Shown here: positions 46,730-56,125 of the stretch, in pieces
How positions within the stretch are numbered: the stretch's first letter is position 1
How the letters are laid out: every line of letters starts with the position of its first letter
From: Chitinophagaceae bacterium
Lineage (GTDB): Bacteria; Bacteroidota; Bacteroidia; Chitinophagales; Chitinophagaceae
DNA length: 64,000 bases
Assembly (NCBI GenBank): GCA_035626515.1
Contig: DASPNM010000017.1
Location: 77,399-141,398, forward strand
Direction of reading: 5' to 3'
The notes under the pieces: model-generated
Seen by the model: the letters and a program-made list of their open reading frames with translations, nothing else
Databases searched by the model: none
Told to the model about the DNA's origin: nothing
Position numbers and translations under genes: made by a program

Positions 46730-47605
46730 ATGAGCATGAGACAACTCAAGATCACGAAGTCGATTACGAATCGTGAATCTCAAAGCCTCGAAAAGTACCT
46801 CCAGGAGATCGGCAAAGTCGAACTCATTACCCCTGAAGAAGAAGTCAGGCTCGCGGCCCGCATCAAGCAGGGCGACCAGCGCGCCCTCGACCGCCTCACC
46901 AAGGCCAATCTCCGGTTCGTCGTTTCCGTGGCAAAGCAGTATCAAAACCAGGGACTTTCGCTCCCCGACCTGATCAACGAGGGCAACCTTGGACTGATCA
47001 AGGCCGCGCAGCGTTTCGACGAAACGCGCGGTTTCAAATTCATTTCTTATGCAGTGTGGTGGATACGACAATCCATTCTGCAGGCGCTTGCCGAGCAGTC
47101 GCGGATCGTCCGGCTCCCGCTCAACAAAGTGGGACTCACCAACCGCATCCAGAAAGCCTACTCGCAGCTGGAACAGCAGTATGAGCGCGAGCCTTCTGCT
47201 GAAGAACTGGCAGAAAACCTGCAAATGGACCTTGAAGAAGTTTCCGCAACGCTCGGAATCGCCAACCGCCACGTGAGCGTCGACACACCACTGGCAGAAG
47301 GCGAGGAAAACACACTGCTCGACGTGCTGGAAAACCCCAATGCCGAAAAAACCGACGGCGAGCTGGAACACAATCAATCCCTCAAAACCGAGATCGACCG
47401 GTCGCTGAAGACGCTTACCGAGCGGCAAAAGGAAGTCATCTGCTATTTTTTCGGGATCGGCGTGGACCACCCGATGAGCCTGGAAGACATCGGTGAAAAA
47501 TTTAACCTGACCCGCGAGCGGGTTCGGCAGATCAAGGACAAGGCAATCACCAAGCTCAGGGCGACAAACCGGTGCAAACTTTTAAGAACTTATCTGGGAG
47601 CCTGA
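46730..47605 (+). CDS. rpoD: RNA polymerase primary sigma factor (sigma-70, short Bacteroidota type)
   Basis: 291 aa. Region 2 ([43 protein letters not shown]) and region 4 ([14 protein letters not shown]). Confidence 0.95.
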   Translation: MSMRQLKITKSITNRESQSLEKYLQEIGKVELITPEEEVRLAARIKQGDQRALDRLTKANLRFVVSVAKQYQNQGLSLPDLINEGNLGLIKAAQRFDETRGFKFISYAVWWIRQSILQALAEQSRIVRLPLNKVGLTNRIQKAYSQLEQQYEREPSAEELAENLQMDLEEVSATLGIANRHVSVDTPLAEGEENTLLDVLENPNAEKTDGELEHNQSLKTEIDRSLKTLTERQKEVICYFFGIGVDHPMSLEDIGEKFNLTRERVRQIKDKAITKLRATNRCKLLRTYLGA

Positions 47606-47650
47606 ATGAAATAAAACTAGACTCTGTAACTATCTTTGCGAACTGTGTTA

Positions 47651-47686
47651 AAGTGAACATTCATTATGTTCACTTTTCTTTTTTTC
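47651..47686 (+). terminator. Intrinsic terminator after rpoD
   Basis: AAGTGAACAT (47651-47660) pairs with ATGTTCACTT (47666-47675), with a 5 nt loop, followed by TTCTTTTTTTC. Confidence 0.8.
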
Positions 47687-47720
47687 ACTGGCCGCACCGC
47701 GGCAATGAGGATGAAGCGAT

Positions 47721-49055
47721 ATGTTCAACAACCTGCAGGAAAAGCTCGAAGCGGCGTTTAAGAACCTCAAAGGCCAGGCCCGCGTAACCGAGCTCAACGT
47801 GGCCGCGACGATCAAGGAAATCCGGCGCGCCCTGGTGGACGCCGATGTGAATTACCGGATCGCGAAGGAATTTACCGACAAGGTGAAAGAAAAAGCGATC
47901 GGGGAAAAGGTGATCCAGTCTATTTCTCCGGGGCAGCTCATGGTGAAGATCGTCAAGGATGAGTTGGTGGAGCTCATGGGCGGAACAGAGGCTCCGCTCC
48001 AGGTAAAAGGCAGTCCTGCCGTGATCCTGATAGCAGGCCTTCAGGGAAGCGGTAAGACCACTTTCAGCGGCAAGCTGGCCTATTTTCTGAAAAACAAAAA
48101 AGGATTATCTCCGATGTTGGTTGCGGCTGACGTTTACCGGCCCGCCGCGATCGAGCAATTGCGCATCCTGGGCAGCCAGATCGGGGCGGAAGTGTACGCG
48201 GAGGAAAAAACCGAGGAGGGTCCCGTGCCCGATCCGGTGTCGATCGCAAAAAACGCTGTCCGCGAAGCCCGCTCGCGCAACAAAAACGTGGTGATCATCG
48301 ACACCGCTGGACGACTTGCGGTAGACGAAGCGATGATGACCGAAGTGGCGAATATCCGCGATGCCGTGCAGCCGCAGGAAATCCTGTTTGTAGTGGACAG
48401 CATGACCGGCCAGGATGCAGTGAATACGGCAAAGGCGTTCAACGACCGGCTGGATTTTACAGGGGTGGTGCTCACGAAGCTCGACGGTGACACCCGCGGA
48501 GGGGCTGCCCTGTCGATCAAGTACACCGTGAACAAGCCTGTCAAGTTTACCAGCAGCGGGGAAAAAATGGACACGCTGGATGTCTTTTACCCCGAGCGAA
48601 TGGCACAGCGGATCCTGGGGATGGGCGACATTACCTCGCTTGTCGAAAAGGCGCAGGAGCAGTTCGATGAAGAGCAGGCCCGGAAGCTGGAGGCCAAGAT
48701 CCGCAAGAACAAATTCGATTTTTCCGATTTCAAGCAGCAACTCGAGCAGCTCCGGAAAATGGGAAACATGAAAGACCTGCTTTCGATGATCCCTGGTGTG
48801 GGGCGGCAGCTTAAGGATCTCGACGTGAACGAGGACGCGCTTCGCGGCATAGAGGCAATGATCAATTCGATGACGCCGGAGGAGCGAAGCGATCCCGACC
48901 TGATCGATCCGAGCCGGCGCCGCCGTATTGCGCGCGGCAGTGGAAAGGACATTTCGGAAGTGAACAACTTCATGAAGCAATTCGAACAGATGCGCACCAT
49001 GATGAAGACGATGAACAAGATGCCGTTTGGGAGGATGATGCCGTTCAAGGGATAG
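47721..49055 (+). CDS. ffh: Signal recognition particle protein Ffh
   Basis: 444 aa. NG-domain GTPase motifs (GLQGSGKTT, DTAGR, TKLDG) and a Met-rich M domain. Confidence 0.96.
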   Translation: MFNNLQEKLEAAFKNLKGQARVTELNVAATIKEIRRALVDADVNYRIAKEFTDKVKEKAIGEKVIQSISPGQLMVKIVKDELVELMGGTEAPLQVKGSPAVILIAGLQGSGKTTFSGKLAYFLKNKKGLSPMLVAADVYRPAAIEQLRILGSQIGAEVYAEEKTEEGPVPDPVSIAKNAVREARSRNKNVVIIDTAGRLAVDEAMMTEVANIRDAVQPQEILFVVDSMTGQDAVNTAKAFNDRLDFTGVVLTKLDGDTRGGAALSIKYTVNKPVKFTSSGEKMDTLDVFYPERMAQRILGMGDITSLVEKAQEQFDEEQARKLEAKIRKNKFDFSDFKQQLEQLRKMGNMKDLLSMIPGVGRQLKDLDVNEDALRGIEAMINSMTPEERSDPDLIDPSRRRRIARGSGKDISEVNNFMKQFEQMRTMMKTMNKMPFGRMMPFKG

Positions 49056-49211
49056 TCGTTAGTCGATAGTCTGGCTATCTGTTGAGGCCCGGGGGGGATC
49101 CAGACTTTGCATCGTTCCACTACATTCCACCATACTCCACCACCCTCCCCAAATACAAGGAAACCAGTCCTTTGCGCGACTCCAGACTGTCGATTATCGA
49201 CTCCCGACTAA
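49053..49211. repeat. Heptad inverted-repeat intergenic element (copy E1)
   Basis: The left arm TAGTCGT-TAGTCGA-TAGTCTG (49053-49073) begins with the ffh stop codon. The right arm AGACTGT-CGATTAT-CGACTCC-CGACTAA (49184-49211) is its imperfect reverse complement. It shares TCTGG..GTTGAGG and TCCTATCTTCGC with copy E2. Confidence 0.6.
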
Positions 49212-49306
49212 TTCCAAAAACTCCTATCTTCGCCGTCCGGTTGCATGGGACCATTCCAATGTCCGGGAGAAAACAATTTTGATAAGCCTTTAAATGTCTA
49301 TTTAAA

Positions 49307-49747
49307 ATGGCAGCTAAAATCCGTCTTCAAAGACACGGGTCCAAGAAGCGACCCTTCTATTTCATCGTCGTGGCTGATTCCCGCAGCCCCAGAGACGGGA
49401 AATTCATTCAGAAATTAGGAACGTACAATCCGCTTACGGTGCCCGCTACCATCCAGCTGGACCGGCAGCGTGCTCTGGACTGGCTCAACAAAGGGGCCAC
49501 TCCCACCGATACTGTTCGCCGCATTCTCAGCTTCAAGGGGGTTTTGTACCTCAAGCACCTGCTGAGAGGCGTAAAGCTCGGCCTGTTTGACGAAGCGACG
49601 GCTATGGAGAAGTTCACCAAATGGAGCGCCGAGCACGATGCCCAGGTAAAAAAACGACAGGAAGAGGCCGCTCGCGCAAAGCGGGCCCGCCGTTCGACCG
49701 GCCGCAGACCCGAGAAAAAGTCAGAAGGCGAAGCGGGCGCGTCCTGA
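49307..49747 (+). CDS. rpsP: 30S ribosomal protein S16 (with basic C-terminal extension)
   Basis: N-terminus [42 protein letters not shown] is canonical S16. Confidence 0.95.
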   Translation: MAAKIRLQRHGSKKRPFYFIVVADSRSPRDGKFIQKLGTYNPLTVPATIQLDRQRALDWLNKGATPTDTVRRILSFKGVLYLKHLLRGVKLGLFDEATAMEKFTKWSAEHDAQVKKRQEEAARAKRARRSTGRRPEKKSEGEAGAS

Positions 49748-49768
49748 TTGCCACATTCTACTGAACTG

Positions 49769-49797
49769 AATCCGCTCCCCGCGAGCGGATTTTTTTT
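49769..49797 (+). terminator. Intrinsic terminator/attenuating hairpin between rpsP and rimM
   Basis: TCCGCTC (49771-49777) pairs with GAGCGGA (49783-49789), followed by TTTTTTTT. It lies 12 nt before the rimM start. Confidence 0.8.
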
Positions 49798-49809
49798 GAT
49801 TATTCAGCA

Positions 49810-50325
49810 GTGCCCGAATATTTCAAAATAGGAAAACTGGTCGCCACATTTGGGTTTCGCGGAGAGCTCGTGCTGAAGCATTCGCTTCGCAAGCGCACCT
49901 CGCTGAAAGGGATCCGCCATATTTTCATCGAGGAAAAAAAAGACAGTTTCATTCCCTGGTTCGTGGAGCAGGTTCGGATCAAAGACGAAGATGAAGTAAT
50001 CCTGAAGATCGAGGGCCTCGACACCCGCGAAACCGCTGCGAAGCTGAAGACGAAAGAAGTGTGGCTCACGGCTGAGGACATGCAAAAATTCACCGCGCGG
50101 ACCGCTCCCCTCAAAATGCTCGGCTACCTCGTTATCGATAGCGGGAAAACGCTCGGCGCCATCCGGGAGATTGTGGAACAGGTCCACCAGCTGCTGTGCA
50201 AGGTGGACATTGAAGGAAAAGAAGCGCTGATACCGTTGAACGAGCACACCCTCCTGAAAATCGACCATCGGAAAAAACAGGTGCACGTGCAACTGCCGGA
50301 AGGCCTTTTGGATATCTACCGCTGA
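49810..50325 (+). CDS. rimM: 16S rRNA processing protein RimM
   Basis: 171 aa. N-terminal IGKLVATFGFRGELVLK motif and a PRC-barrel C-terminal half. GTG start at 49810. Confidence 0.88.
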   Translation: MPEYFKIGKLVATFGFRGELVLKHSLRKRTSLKGIRHIFIEEKKDSFIPWFVEQVRIKDEDEVILKIEGLDTRETAAKLKTKEVWLTAEDMQKFTARTAPLKMLGYLVIDSGKTLGAIREIVEQVHQLLCKVDIEGKEALIPLNEHTLLKIDHRKKQVHVQLPEGLLDIYR

Positions 50326-50348
50326 CGCAGGATGGATACCTTTGAACC

Positions 50349-51494
50349 ATGACGGGAGCACTCCGGCATATTGCCCACTTCGACCTCGATTCGTTTTTCG
50401 TTTCAGTAGAGATCCTTCGCGATCCCAACCTGAAAGGAAAGCCGGTCCTGGTGGGGGGACAGGAACGCGGAGTTGTGGCAGCCTGCAGCTACGAGGCGAG
50501 GAAATTCGGGATCCACTCGGCCATGCCCATGAAAACCGCCATGAAACTTTGCCCCGAAGCAGTGGTGATCAGCGGCAGCCGGGGGGAATACAGCAGGTAT
50601 TCCCGCTGGGTGACCGAGATCATCGCTTCCCGCGTGCCACTGTTTGAAAAAGCTTCAATTGACGAATTTTACATTGACCTCAGTGGAATGGATAAGTTTT
50701 TCGGCGTAAGCCGATACGCCCGCGAGCTCCGCGACCAGATCATTCGCGAGACCGGTCTTCCTATTTCGGGCGGACTTTCCTGCGCGAAATTCATCAGCAA
50801 GATGGCCACCAACGAGGCCAAGCCCAATGGCTTTCTCGAAATCCCACACGGCCGGGAAACCGAGTTTCTCTGGCCGCTTGAAATCGGAAAAATTAATGGA
50901 GTCGGCAAACAAACCGAAGCGCTTCTTAAGAGCTACGGCATTTACACCATTGCGGATATTGCCCGGCTTTCCGAAGAGCAAATGCAGCGGATCGCAGGAA
51001 AGTGGGGCGAGGCCCTCTGGCACAAGGCGCACGGGCGCGGCACAGCGGATGTCGACGCCGACTGGGAACAAAAGAGCATGAGTCACGAAAACACGTTCGA
51101 TACCGATCACAATGACGTGGAGTTTCTGCACGGCGAACTGGTGCGGCTCACGGAAAAAACAGCCCATATGCTGCGTTCCGAAGACAAACAAACCGGCTGC
51201 GTTACGGTAAAAATCCGTTACTCTGACTTCGAGACCACCTCCCGGCAGGAAACCATTGACTATACCTCCATTGATGACGAGCTGATCGCGAAGGTGAAGG
51301 ACCTTTTTAACCGCTCGTGGCAAAAAGGGCGGCCGGTCCGCCTGCTGGGCGTCCGTTTCAGCCACTTCATTCCTTTCACCATGCAGATGAGCCTATTTGA
51401 CAACCGCACCGAAAAGCTGAACCTGTACCGCGCGGTGGACGAGCTGCGCGACCAGTTTGGGGCAGATGTTCTTACGCGAGGAAGCAATTTGTAG
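50349..51494 (+). CDS. dinB: DNA polymerase IV (Y-family)
   Basis: 381 aa. HFDLDSFFVSVE catalytic motif and SIDEFYIDLS. Confidence 0.94.
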   Translation: MTGALRHIAHFDLDSFFVSVEILRDPNLKGKPVLVGGQERGVVAACSYEARKFGIHSAMPMKTAMKLCPEAVVISGSRGEYSRYSRWVTEIIASRVPLFEKASIDEFYIDLSGMDKFFGVSRYARELRDQIIRETGLPISGGLSCAKFISKMATNEAKPNGFLEIPHGRETEFLWPLEIGKINGVGKQTEALLKSYGIYTIADIARLSEEQMQRIAGKWGEALWHKAHGRGTADVDADWEQKSMSHENTFDTDHNDVEFLHGELVRLTEKTAHMLRSEDKQTGCVTVKIRYSDFETTSRQETIDYTSIDDELIAKVKDLFNRSWQKGRPVRLLGVRFSHFIPFTMQMSLFDNRTEKLNLYRAVDELRDQFGADVLTRGSNL

Positions 51495-51608
51495 TCGATA
51501 GTCGATAGTCTATAGTCTATAGTCAAAAAAAGGGGTTGCTTATTGTCTGGAGTTGAGGGTTGAGCGAGCACCGACGCCACAGACTATCGACTATCGACTA
51601 TCGACTAT
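51492..51608. repeat. Heptad inverted-repeat intergenic element (copy E2, best preserved)
   Basis: The left arm (TAGTCGA)2(TAGTCTA)2TAGTC spans 51492-51524, and its first TAG is the dinB stop. The right arm AGACTAT(CGACTAT)3 spans 51581-51608. The spacer is about 56 nt. The element is followed by (CCCTC)3 at 51609-51624. Confidence 0.75.
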
Positions 51609-51655
51609 CCCTCCCCTCCCCTCCATTTCCTATCTTCGCAGCAATCCCAAAGCAT

Positions 51656-53023
51656 ATGTCAAACGCCTGGAAACAGTATCAGGAAAAGCACAAGGATCGC
51701 TTCCTTTCCGAGATGCTGGAACTGCTCCGCATTCCCTCGGTAAGTGCGAAAAGTGAACACAAATCCGATATGGAGCGCTGCGCCGAAGCAGTGCGCAGCA
51801 GCCTGCTTGCAGCGGGTTGCGACCGCGCGGAAGTGATGCCCACTGCAGGTCACCCTGTAGTTTACGGTGAAAAAATCGTGGACCCGAAACGTCCCACTGT
51901 TCTCGTATATGGACATTACGACGTGCAGCCCCCCGAACCGCTGGAGCTTTGGCACAGCGGGCCTTTCGAGCCGGTGATAAAGGATGGAAAAGTTTTCGCG
52001 CGCGGGTCGGCGGATGACAAGGGGCAGTTCTACATGCACGTAAAGGCACTGGAAACCATGGCAAAGACCGACAGTCTCGTTACCAACGTGAAATTCCTGA
52101 TCGAAGGGGAAGAAGAGGTAGGCTCGCCCAACCTCGGGGCTTTTGTGGCTGCGAACAGGGAAATGCTCAAGGCCGACGTCATCCTGATCAGCGACAGCTC
52201 AATGCTCAGCTTGGAAACACCTTCTCTCGATACCGGTGTGCGCGGCCTTAGCTATATTGAAGTGGAGGTGACCGGTGCCAACCGCGACCTGCACAGCGGA
52301 ACTTATGGAGGAGCAGTGGCCAACCCGATCACCATTCTTGCGCGCATGATCGCGAGTTGTCATGATGAAAACAACCATATCACGATTCCCGGATTTTATG
52401 ACGACGTGGTGCAAGCGGGCCCGGCGGAGCGGGAACTCATTAACCGTGCCCCTTACAACGAGCAGGAATACAGGGACGACCTGGGAGTGAAGGAACTGTG
52501 GGGTGAAAAAGGATACACTACATACGAGCGCACCGGCATCCGCCCCACCATCGAAGTGAACGGCATTTGGGGAGGGTACACCGGCGAGGGCGCCAAGACG
52601 GTACTGCCTTCGAAGGCGACTGCAAAAATCTCCGCGCGCCTTGTGCCGAACCAGTCGTCGGCGAAGATGACCGAATTGCTGCTTGATTATTTCCGCTCCA
52701 TTGCACCTGCTTCAGTGACCGTGAAAGCGTTTGAACATCATGGTGGAGAGCCTTACATGACGCCGATCGACAGCAAGGGGTACAAGGCCGCGGCAAAAGC
52801 AGTGGAAACCACGTTCGGAAAAGCCCCGATCCCCGTTCGCGGCGGGGGAAGCATTCCCATTTGCTCCATTCTCGAAAGAGAGCTCGGGATCAAGATCGTG
52901 TTCATGGGATTCGGATTGGATAACGACAACCTGCATTCCCCCAACGAAAAATTCAACCTGGAGAACTACTACAAGGGAATTGAAACAATTCCATACTTCC
53001 ACAAGTACTTCGCCGAGGCATGA
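51656..53023 (+). CDS. M20 family dipeptidase/metallopeptidase
   Basis: From ATG 51656 (MSNAWKQYQEKHKDRFLSEMLELLRIPSVSA). Contains GHYDVQP and RGSADDKGQ metal-ligand motifs. The upstream 32 codons in the track ORF are a read-through of the heptad repeat. Confidence 0.9.
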   Translation: MSNAWKQYQEKHKDRFLSEMLELLRIPSVSAKSEHKSDMERCAEAVRSSLLAAGCDRAEVMPTAGHPVVYGEKIVDPKRPTVLVYGHYDVQPPEPLELWHSGPFEPVIKDGKVFARGSADDKGQFYMHVKALETMAKTDSLVTNVKFLIEGEEEVGSPNLGAFVAANREMLKADVILISDSSMLSLETPSLDTGVRGLSYIEVEVTGANRDLHSGTYGGAVANPITILARMIASCHDENNHITIPGFYDDVVQAGPAERELINRAPYNEQEYRDDLGVKELWGEKGYTTYERTGIRPTIEVNGIWGGYTGEGAKTVLPSKATAKISARLVPNQSSAKMTELLLDYFRSIAPASVTVKAFEHHGGEPYMTPIDSKGYKAAAKAVETTFGKAPIPVRGGGSIPICSILERELGIKIVFMGFGLDNDNLHSPNEKFNLENYYKGIETIPYFHKYFAEA

Positions 53024-53406
53024 CGGCGAAAGAGAAGTTGCGGCTGGATAAATATCTCTGGGCCATCCGGCTTTTCAAGACGCGCACCCAGGCCGCGGCG
53101 GCCTGCGATCTCGGGAAAGTGAAATTCAACGGTGCAGCGGTAAAAGCGTCAAGGCAAGTGGCTGTTGGCGATGAGTACGAAGTAAAAACCGAATCGAAAC
53201 GGTGGCGTATTAAAGTTATCGGGCTGCTGTACAATCGCGGGGGCTACGAGGAAGCCATCAGGCATTACCTTGACATCACGCCCGCCGAAGAACTCAAACG
53301 CGTACAGTACCAGGCCGCCAGTTTCCACACCGGAAAAAGACCCAGCAAGATCGGGCGCCCGACAAAAAAGGAGCGGAGGAATCTTGACAATTTATTCGGC
53401 GACTGA
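53020..53406 (+). CDS. hslR: Ribosome-associated heat-shock protein Hsp15 (S4 RNA-binding domain)
   Basis: 128 aa. [31 protein letters not shown] is an S4 domain. ATGA overlap with the peptidase stop. Confidence 0.85.
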   Translation: MTAKEKLRLDKYLWAIRLFKTRTQAAAACDLGKVKFNGAAVKASRQVAVGDEYEVKTESKRWRIKVIGLLYNRGGYEEAIRHYLDITPAEELKRVQYQAASFHTGKRPSKIGRPTKKERRNLDNLFGD

Positions 53407-53426
53407 GCGCTACGTTATCTTTGGGC

Positions 53427-54104
53427 ATGCGGATCCACATTCTCACCGTGCTCCCGGAGCTCCTCGAAAGCCCCTTCCGGCACAGCATCCTGAAACGTGC
53501 GCAGGAAAAAGGATCGCTCGAGGTGCAGGTGCATCAGCTTCGGAAATGGTCGGTCAATGAATATGGACAGGTAGACGACTACCAGTACGGCGGAGGTGCC
53601 GGCATGGTGATGATGTGCGAGCCGATAGTCAAGGCGATCGAGGAGCTTTCGGCAAGCCAGCCTTTTGACGAAATCATTTACCTCACGCCGGACGGCGACC
53701 GTTTCACCCAGAAAATGGCCAACCAGCTTTCTCTGAAACAAAATCTGCTTTTTATCTGCGGACATTACAAGGGGATTGATGAACGCATTCGGGAACACTT
53801 CGTTACAAAAGAAATTTCAATCGGCGACTACGTCCTGAGCGGAGGCGAGCTCGCCGCCGCAGTAGTGGTAGATGCAATCGGGCGACTCATCCCCGGCGTT
53901 CTCAACGACGAAACTTCGGCTTTGTTTGATTCTTTCCAGGACAACCTTCTCGCGCCGCCGGTCTATACCCGGCCTGAAGATTTTCGGGGATGGAAAGTGC
54001 CTTCCGTCCTCCTCAGCGGCGATCACAGTAAAATCGACGAATGGCGGTATGAACAGGCTGTCGAGCGGACCAGGGAGCGGCGGCCGGATCTGCTGAATGA
54101 TTGA
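53427..54104 (+). CDS. trmD: tRNA (guanine37-N1)-methyltransferase
   Basis: [17 protein letters not shown] start. SPOUT-knot motifs ([26 protein letters not shown]). ATG at 53427 is preferred over TTG at 53421. Confidence 0.94.
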   Translation: MRIHILTVLPELLESPFRHSILKRAQEKGSLEVQVHQLRKWSVNEYGQVDDYQYGGGAGMVMMCEPIVKAIEELSASQPFDEIIYLTPDGDRFTQKMANQLSLKQNLLFICGHYKGIDERIREHFVTKEISIGDYVLSGGELAAAVVVDAIGRLIPGVLNDETSALFDSFQDNLLAPPVYTRPEDFRGWKVPSVLLSGDHSKIDEWRYEQAVERTRERRPDLLND

Positions 54105-54264
54105 AAGTTTTTATCCCTATTTACTACGCTCACAATTGTTAGCAGCGCAATAAAAAAGAATATGATTTATATGCTGAAAACATTATTTTTATGGGTCCCC
54201 AACGAACTCTTCCGGAAACTCTAAGAGGCCTTGTTCCACCCTGAAAACATGTAACAATACAGTA

Positions 54265-55329
54265 ATGAAGGCGCTTACAACCATCACGGACCCCGTTTAT
54301 TTACCCAAAGACAAATTCAGCTGGTATGAGCGGTTCTGGCTCCGGCACCTGAACGACAAACGCGACCTCCCCTTCATTCACCTGCTCACCGCCATCCATA
54401 TACTGGTGCTCCCGGTGGCTATCCTGCTGTATACGCCGGTACTCACGGGCTGGTACTGGTGGGTTGCCTATGTTCCGTATTTCTATTTATCGCAGTTGTA
54501 TTTCAAGGGACGCTTTGGATTAATGCTCCACTGCATTGTGCACCGCAAACTTTTCAAAAAAGCCTACAGCTGGATCTATCACTACATCATTTGGTTCGTT
54601 TGCCCTTTCTTCGGCCATACCCCCGAGACGTACTTCGTGCACCATATGGCCATGCACCATGTGGAAAACAATATGCCGGAAGATGCCAGCAGCACCCTTC
54701 CTTACCAGCGCGATAAATTTTCGCATTTTTTGCTCTATTACCTGAACTTTTTCTTCCTGGGTTTCAAGCAGACCTTCATGTACCTTGTCGGCAACAAGAA
54801 GCGGAAAATGTATACACGCCTAACGTACGGGGAATTTTCCTTCCTGCTGTTCGCAGGCGCCATGTGCTTTGTAAATCTTCAGGCGACGATCTTCATTTTC
54901 ATAATTCCCTTTGTCTTCGCAAGGATTGTGATGATGGTCGGTAACTGGGCTCAGCATGCATTCGTAGACGTGAACGACCCAGAGGAAAATACGATCAATT
55001 GCATCAACACCCCTTACAACCACAGCTGCTGGAACGATGGATATCACGCGGTACACCACCTCCGGCCCGCACTTCACTACTCCGAACTTCCTGGCGAGTT
55101 CCTGAAAAACCTGGACAAATTCGCTGAGAAGAAAACCCTCGTTTTCGACGGTATTCATTACCTGCACATCTTTCTCTGGCTCATGCTGAAACGATACGAT
55201 AAGCTGGCCGACCACGTCGTGAACGTAAAAAACATGTTCTCAAGCCGCGAAGAAGCCATCGCGGTAATGAAGGAACGCACACGCCGTTTCCCGCGCGGGG
55301 TGCTTCAGCAGTTGCAGCCGGCGATGTAA
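54265..55329 (+). CDS. Membrane fatty acid desaturase family protein
   Basis: 354 aa. Three His boxes (HCIVHRK, HHMAMHH, HAVHHLRP) and hydrophobic segments. Confidence 0.85.
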   Translation: MKALTTITDPVYLPKDKFSWYERFWLRHLNDKRDLPFIHLLTAIHILVLPVAILLYTPVLTGWYWWVAYVPYFYLSQLYFKGRFGLMLHCIVHRKLFKKAYSWIYHYIIWFVCPFFGHTPETYFVHHMAMHHVENNMPEDASSTLPYQRDKFSHFLLYYLNFFFLGFKQTFMYLVGNKKRKMYTRLTYGEFSFLLFAGAMCFVNLQATIFIFIIPFVFARIVMMVGNWAQHAFVDVNDPEENTINCINTPYNHSCWNDGYHAVHHLRPALHYSELPGEFLKNLDKFAEKKTLVFDGIHYLHIFLWLMLKRYDKLADHVVNVKNMFSSREEAIAVMKERTRRFPRGVLQQLQPAM

Positions 55330-55336
55330 GAAGTCT

Positions 55337-56050
55337 TTACTCCGCTTTATATAATTTCTCCGACAGCTTCGGGTTCACCTCGATCTTTTCAAACGTCATG
55401 GTGCCGCCAAAGCCGCCGCTTGTGCTCTGGGTGAACGGGAAAATGTATCCATCCGTGGTCTTGTCGTAGTTGGCGTAAGTAATGACCACTTCTGTCTCTT
55501 CGGTGCCGCCGCGTGTCCTTCCCCTGAAGCTCAATCGATTAATATAATGCGTTCCCGCATCGATGAAGTAGGTCAGCTCCCTTCCGTCGCGGGTAGTCAC
55601 TTTCAGTTTCCAGTTTTCCTTTGCGTCTACCGTTTCCCTGCCCATCAGCTCTACCTTGTGTCCTTTCTCGGCGTAATTGAAAAATGGAGGCGTCGTTTCC
55701 ATTTCATGCCGCTGATTCTTCAACATTTGTTCGGCCATGGACTCGAAAGCTCCGCCCGACCTCATATTCGTCTGCCAGCCGCCGTCAGGCGTGATTAGAA
55801 TTTTCATCGAACTCATTCCAAAAGCCGTTTCGCGGCGAAAAAGCTTGTTGTTTTCCTTCCAAATCTCGGTGGTGACTTCGTTGCCGTTTGGCATCGTGGA
55901 AATCCCCACCAGGTGAAGGGTTTGAATAGAGCTGAGCTTCTCCTTGCCACCCATCGCTTCTGCGTACCGGGCAATTACCTCGTCCGCCGTTTGCGCCTGC
56001 GTCCCAATGGTCCCAACCAGCAGGCAAACTGAAAATAAAATACCTTTCAT
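55337..56050 (-). CDS. Exported LolA-fold/outer-membrane lipoprotein-sorting-like protein
   Basis: 237 aa. Signal peptide. The pattern ([18 protein letters not shown] ... W.LKVT..DG....YFID..T) resembles the LolA-like lipoprotein-sorting family. Family assignment is tentative. Confidence 0.55.
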   Translation of the reverse strand: MKGILFSVCLLVGTIGTQAQTADEVIARYAEAMGGKEKLSSIQTLHLVGISTMPNGNEVTTEIWKENNKLFRRETAFGMSSMKILITPDGGWQTNMRSGGAFESMAEQMLKNQRHEMETTPPFFNYAEKGHKVELMGRETVDAKENWKLKVTTRDGRELTYFIDAGTHYINRLSFRGRTRGGTEETEVVITYANYDKTTDGYIFPFTQSTSGGFGGTMTFEKIEVNPKLSEKLYKAE

Positions 56051-56125
56051 GGGCTTTTGTTTGGTTTACGGAAATTAGACGTAGTACCGGTTTTTTCCCT
56101 GTCCGGAATGAAAAAAATACCTGGC

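Noticed and set aside
46703-47470. 255 aa minus-strand ORF covering most of rpoD.
   Set aside because: It is antisense to an unmistakable sigma-70 gene. Its product is Leu/Phe/Glu-rich with no recognisable domain, which is typical of a long antisense ORF.
47633-47640. TATCTTTG, a perfect match to the Bacteroidota -7 promoter box TAnnTTTG, upstream of ffh.
   Set aside because: It lies before the rpoD terminator hairpin (47651-47686). A transcript starting there would run straight into the terminator. A single 8-mer match with no clear -33 element is too weak to call a promoter.
48105-48980. 291 aa minus-strand ORF (plus 48134-48574 and 48587-49120) opposite ffh.
   Set aside because: It is antisense to Ffh, which has all its GTPase motifs. 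I treat it as a shadow ORF.
49053-51608. Whether the short tandem repeats (TAGTCGA)n could be a CRISPR array or part of one.
   Set aside because: The repeat unit is only 7 nt and has no unique spacers. The arrays occur as inverted pairs in separate intergenic regions, and no cas genes are present in the window.
51560-51655. N-terminal extension of the M20 peptidase ORF (MSEHRRHRLSTIDYRLSLPSPPFPIF...), and the minus-strand ORF 51260-51580 (..LTIDYRLSTIDYKLL..).
   Set aside because: The STIDYRLS-type peptides are simply translations of the TCGACTA/TAGTCGA heptad arrays. The peptidase homology begins at Met 51656.
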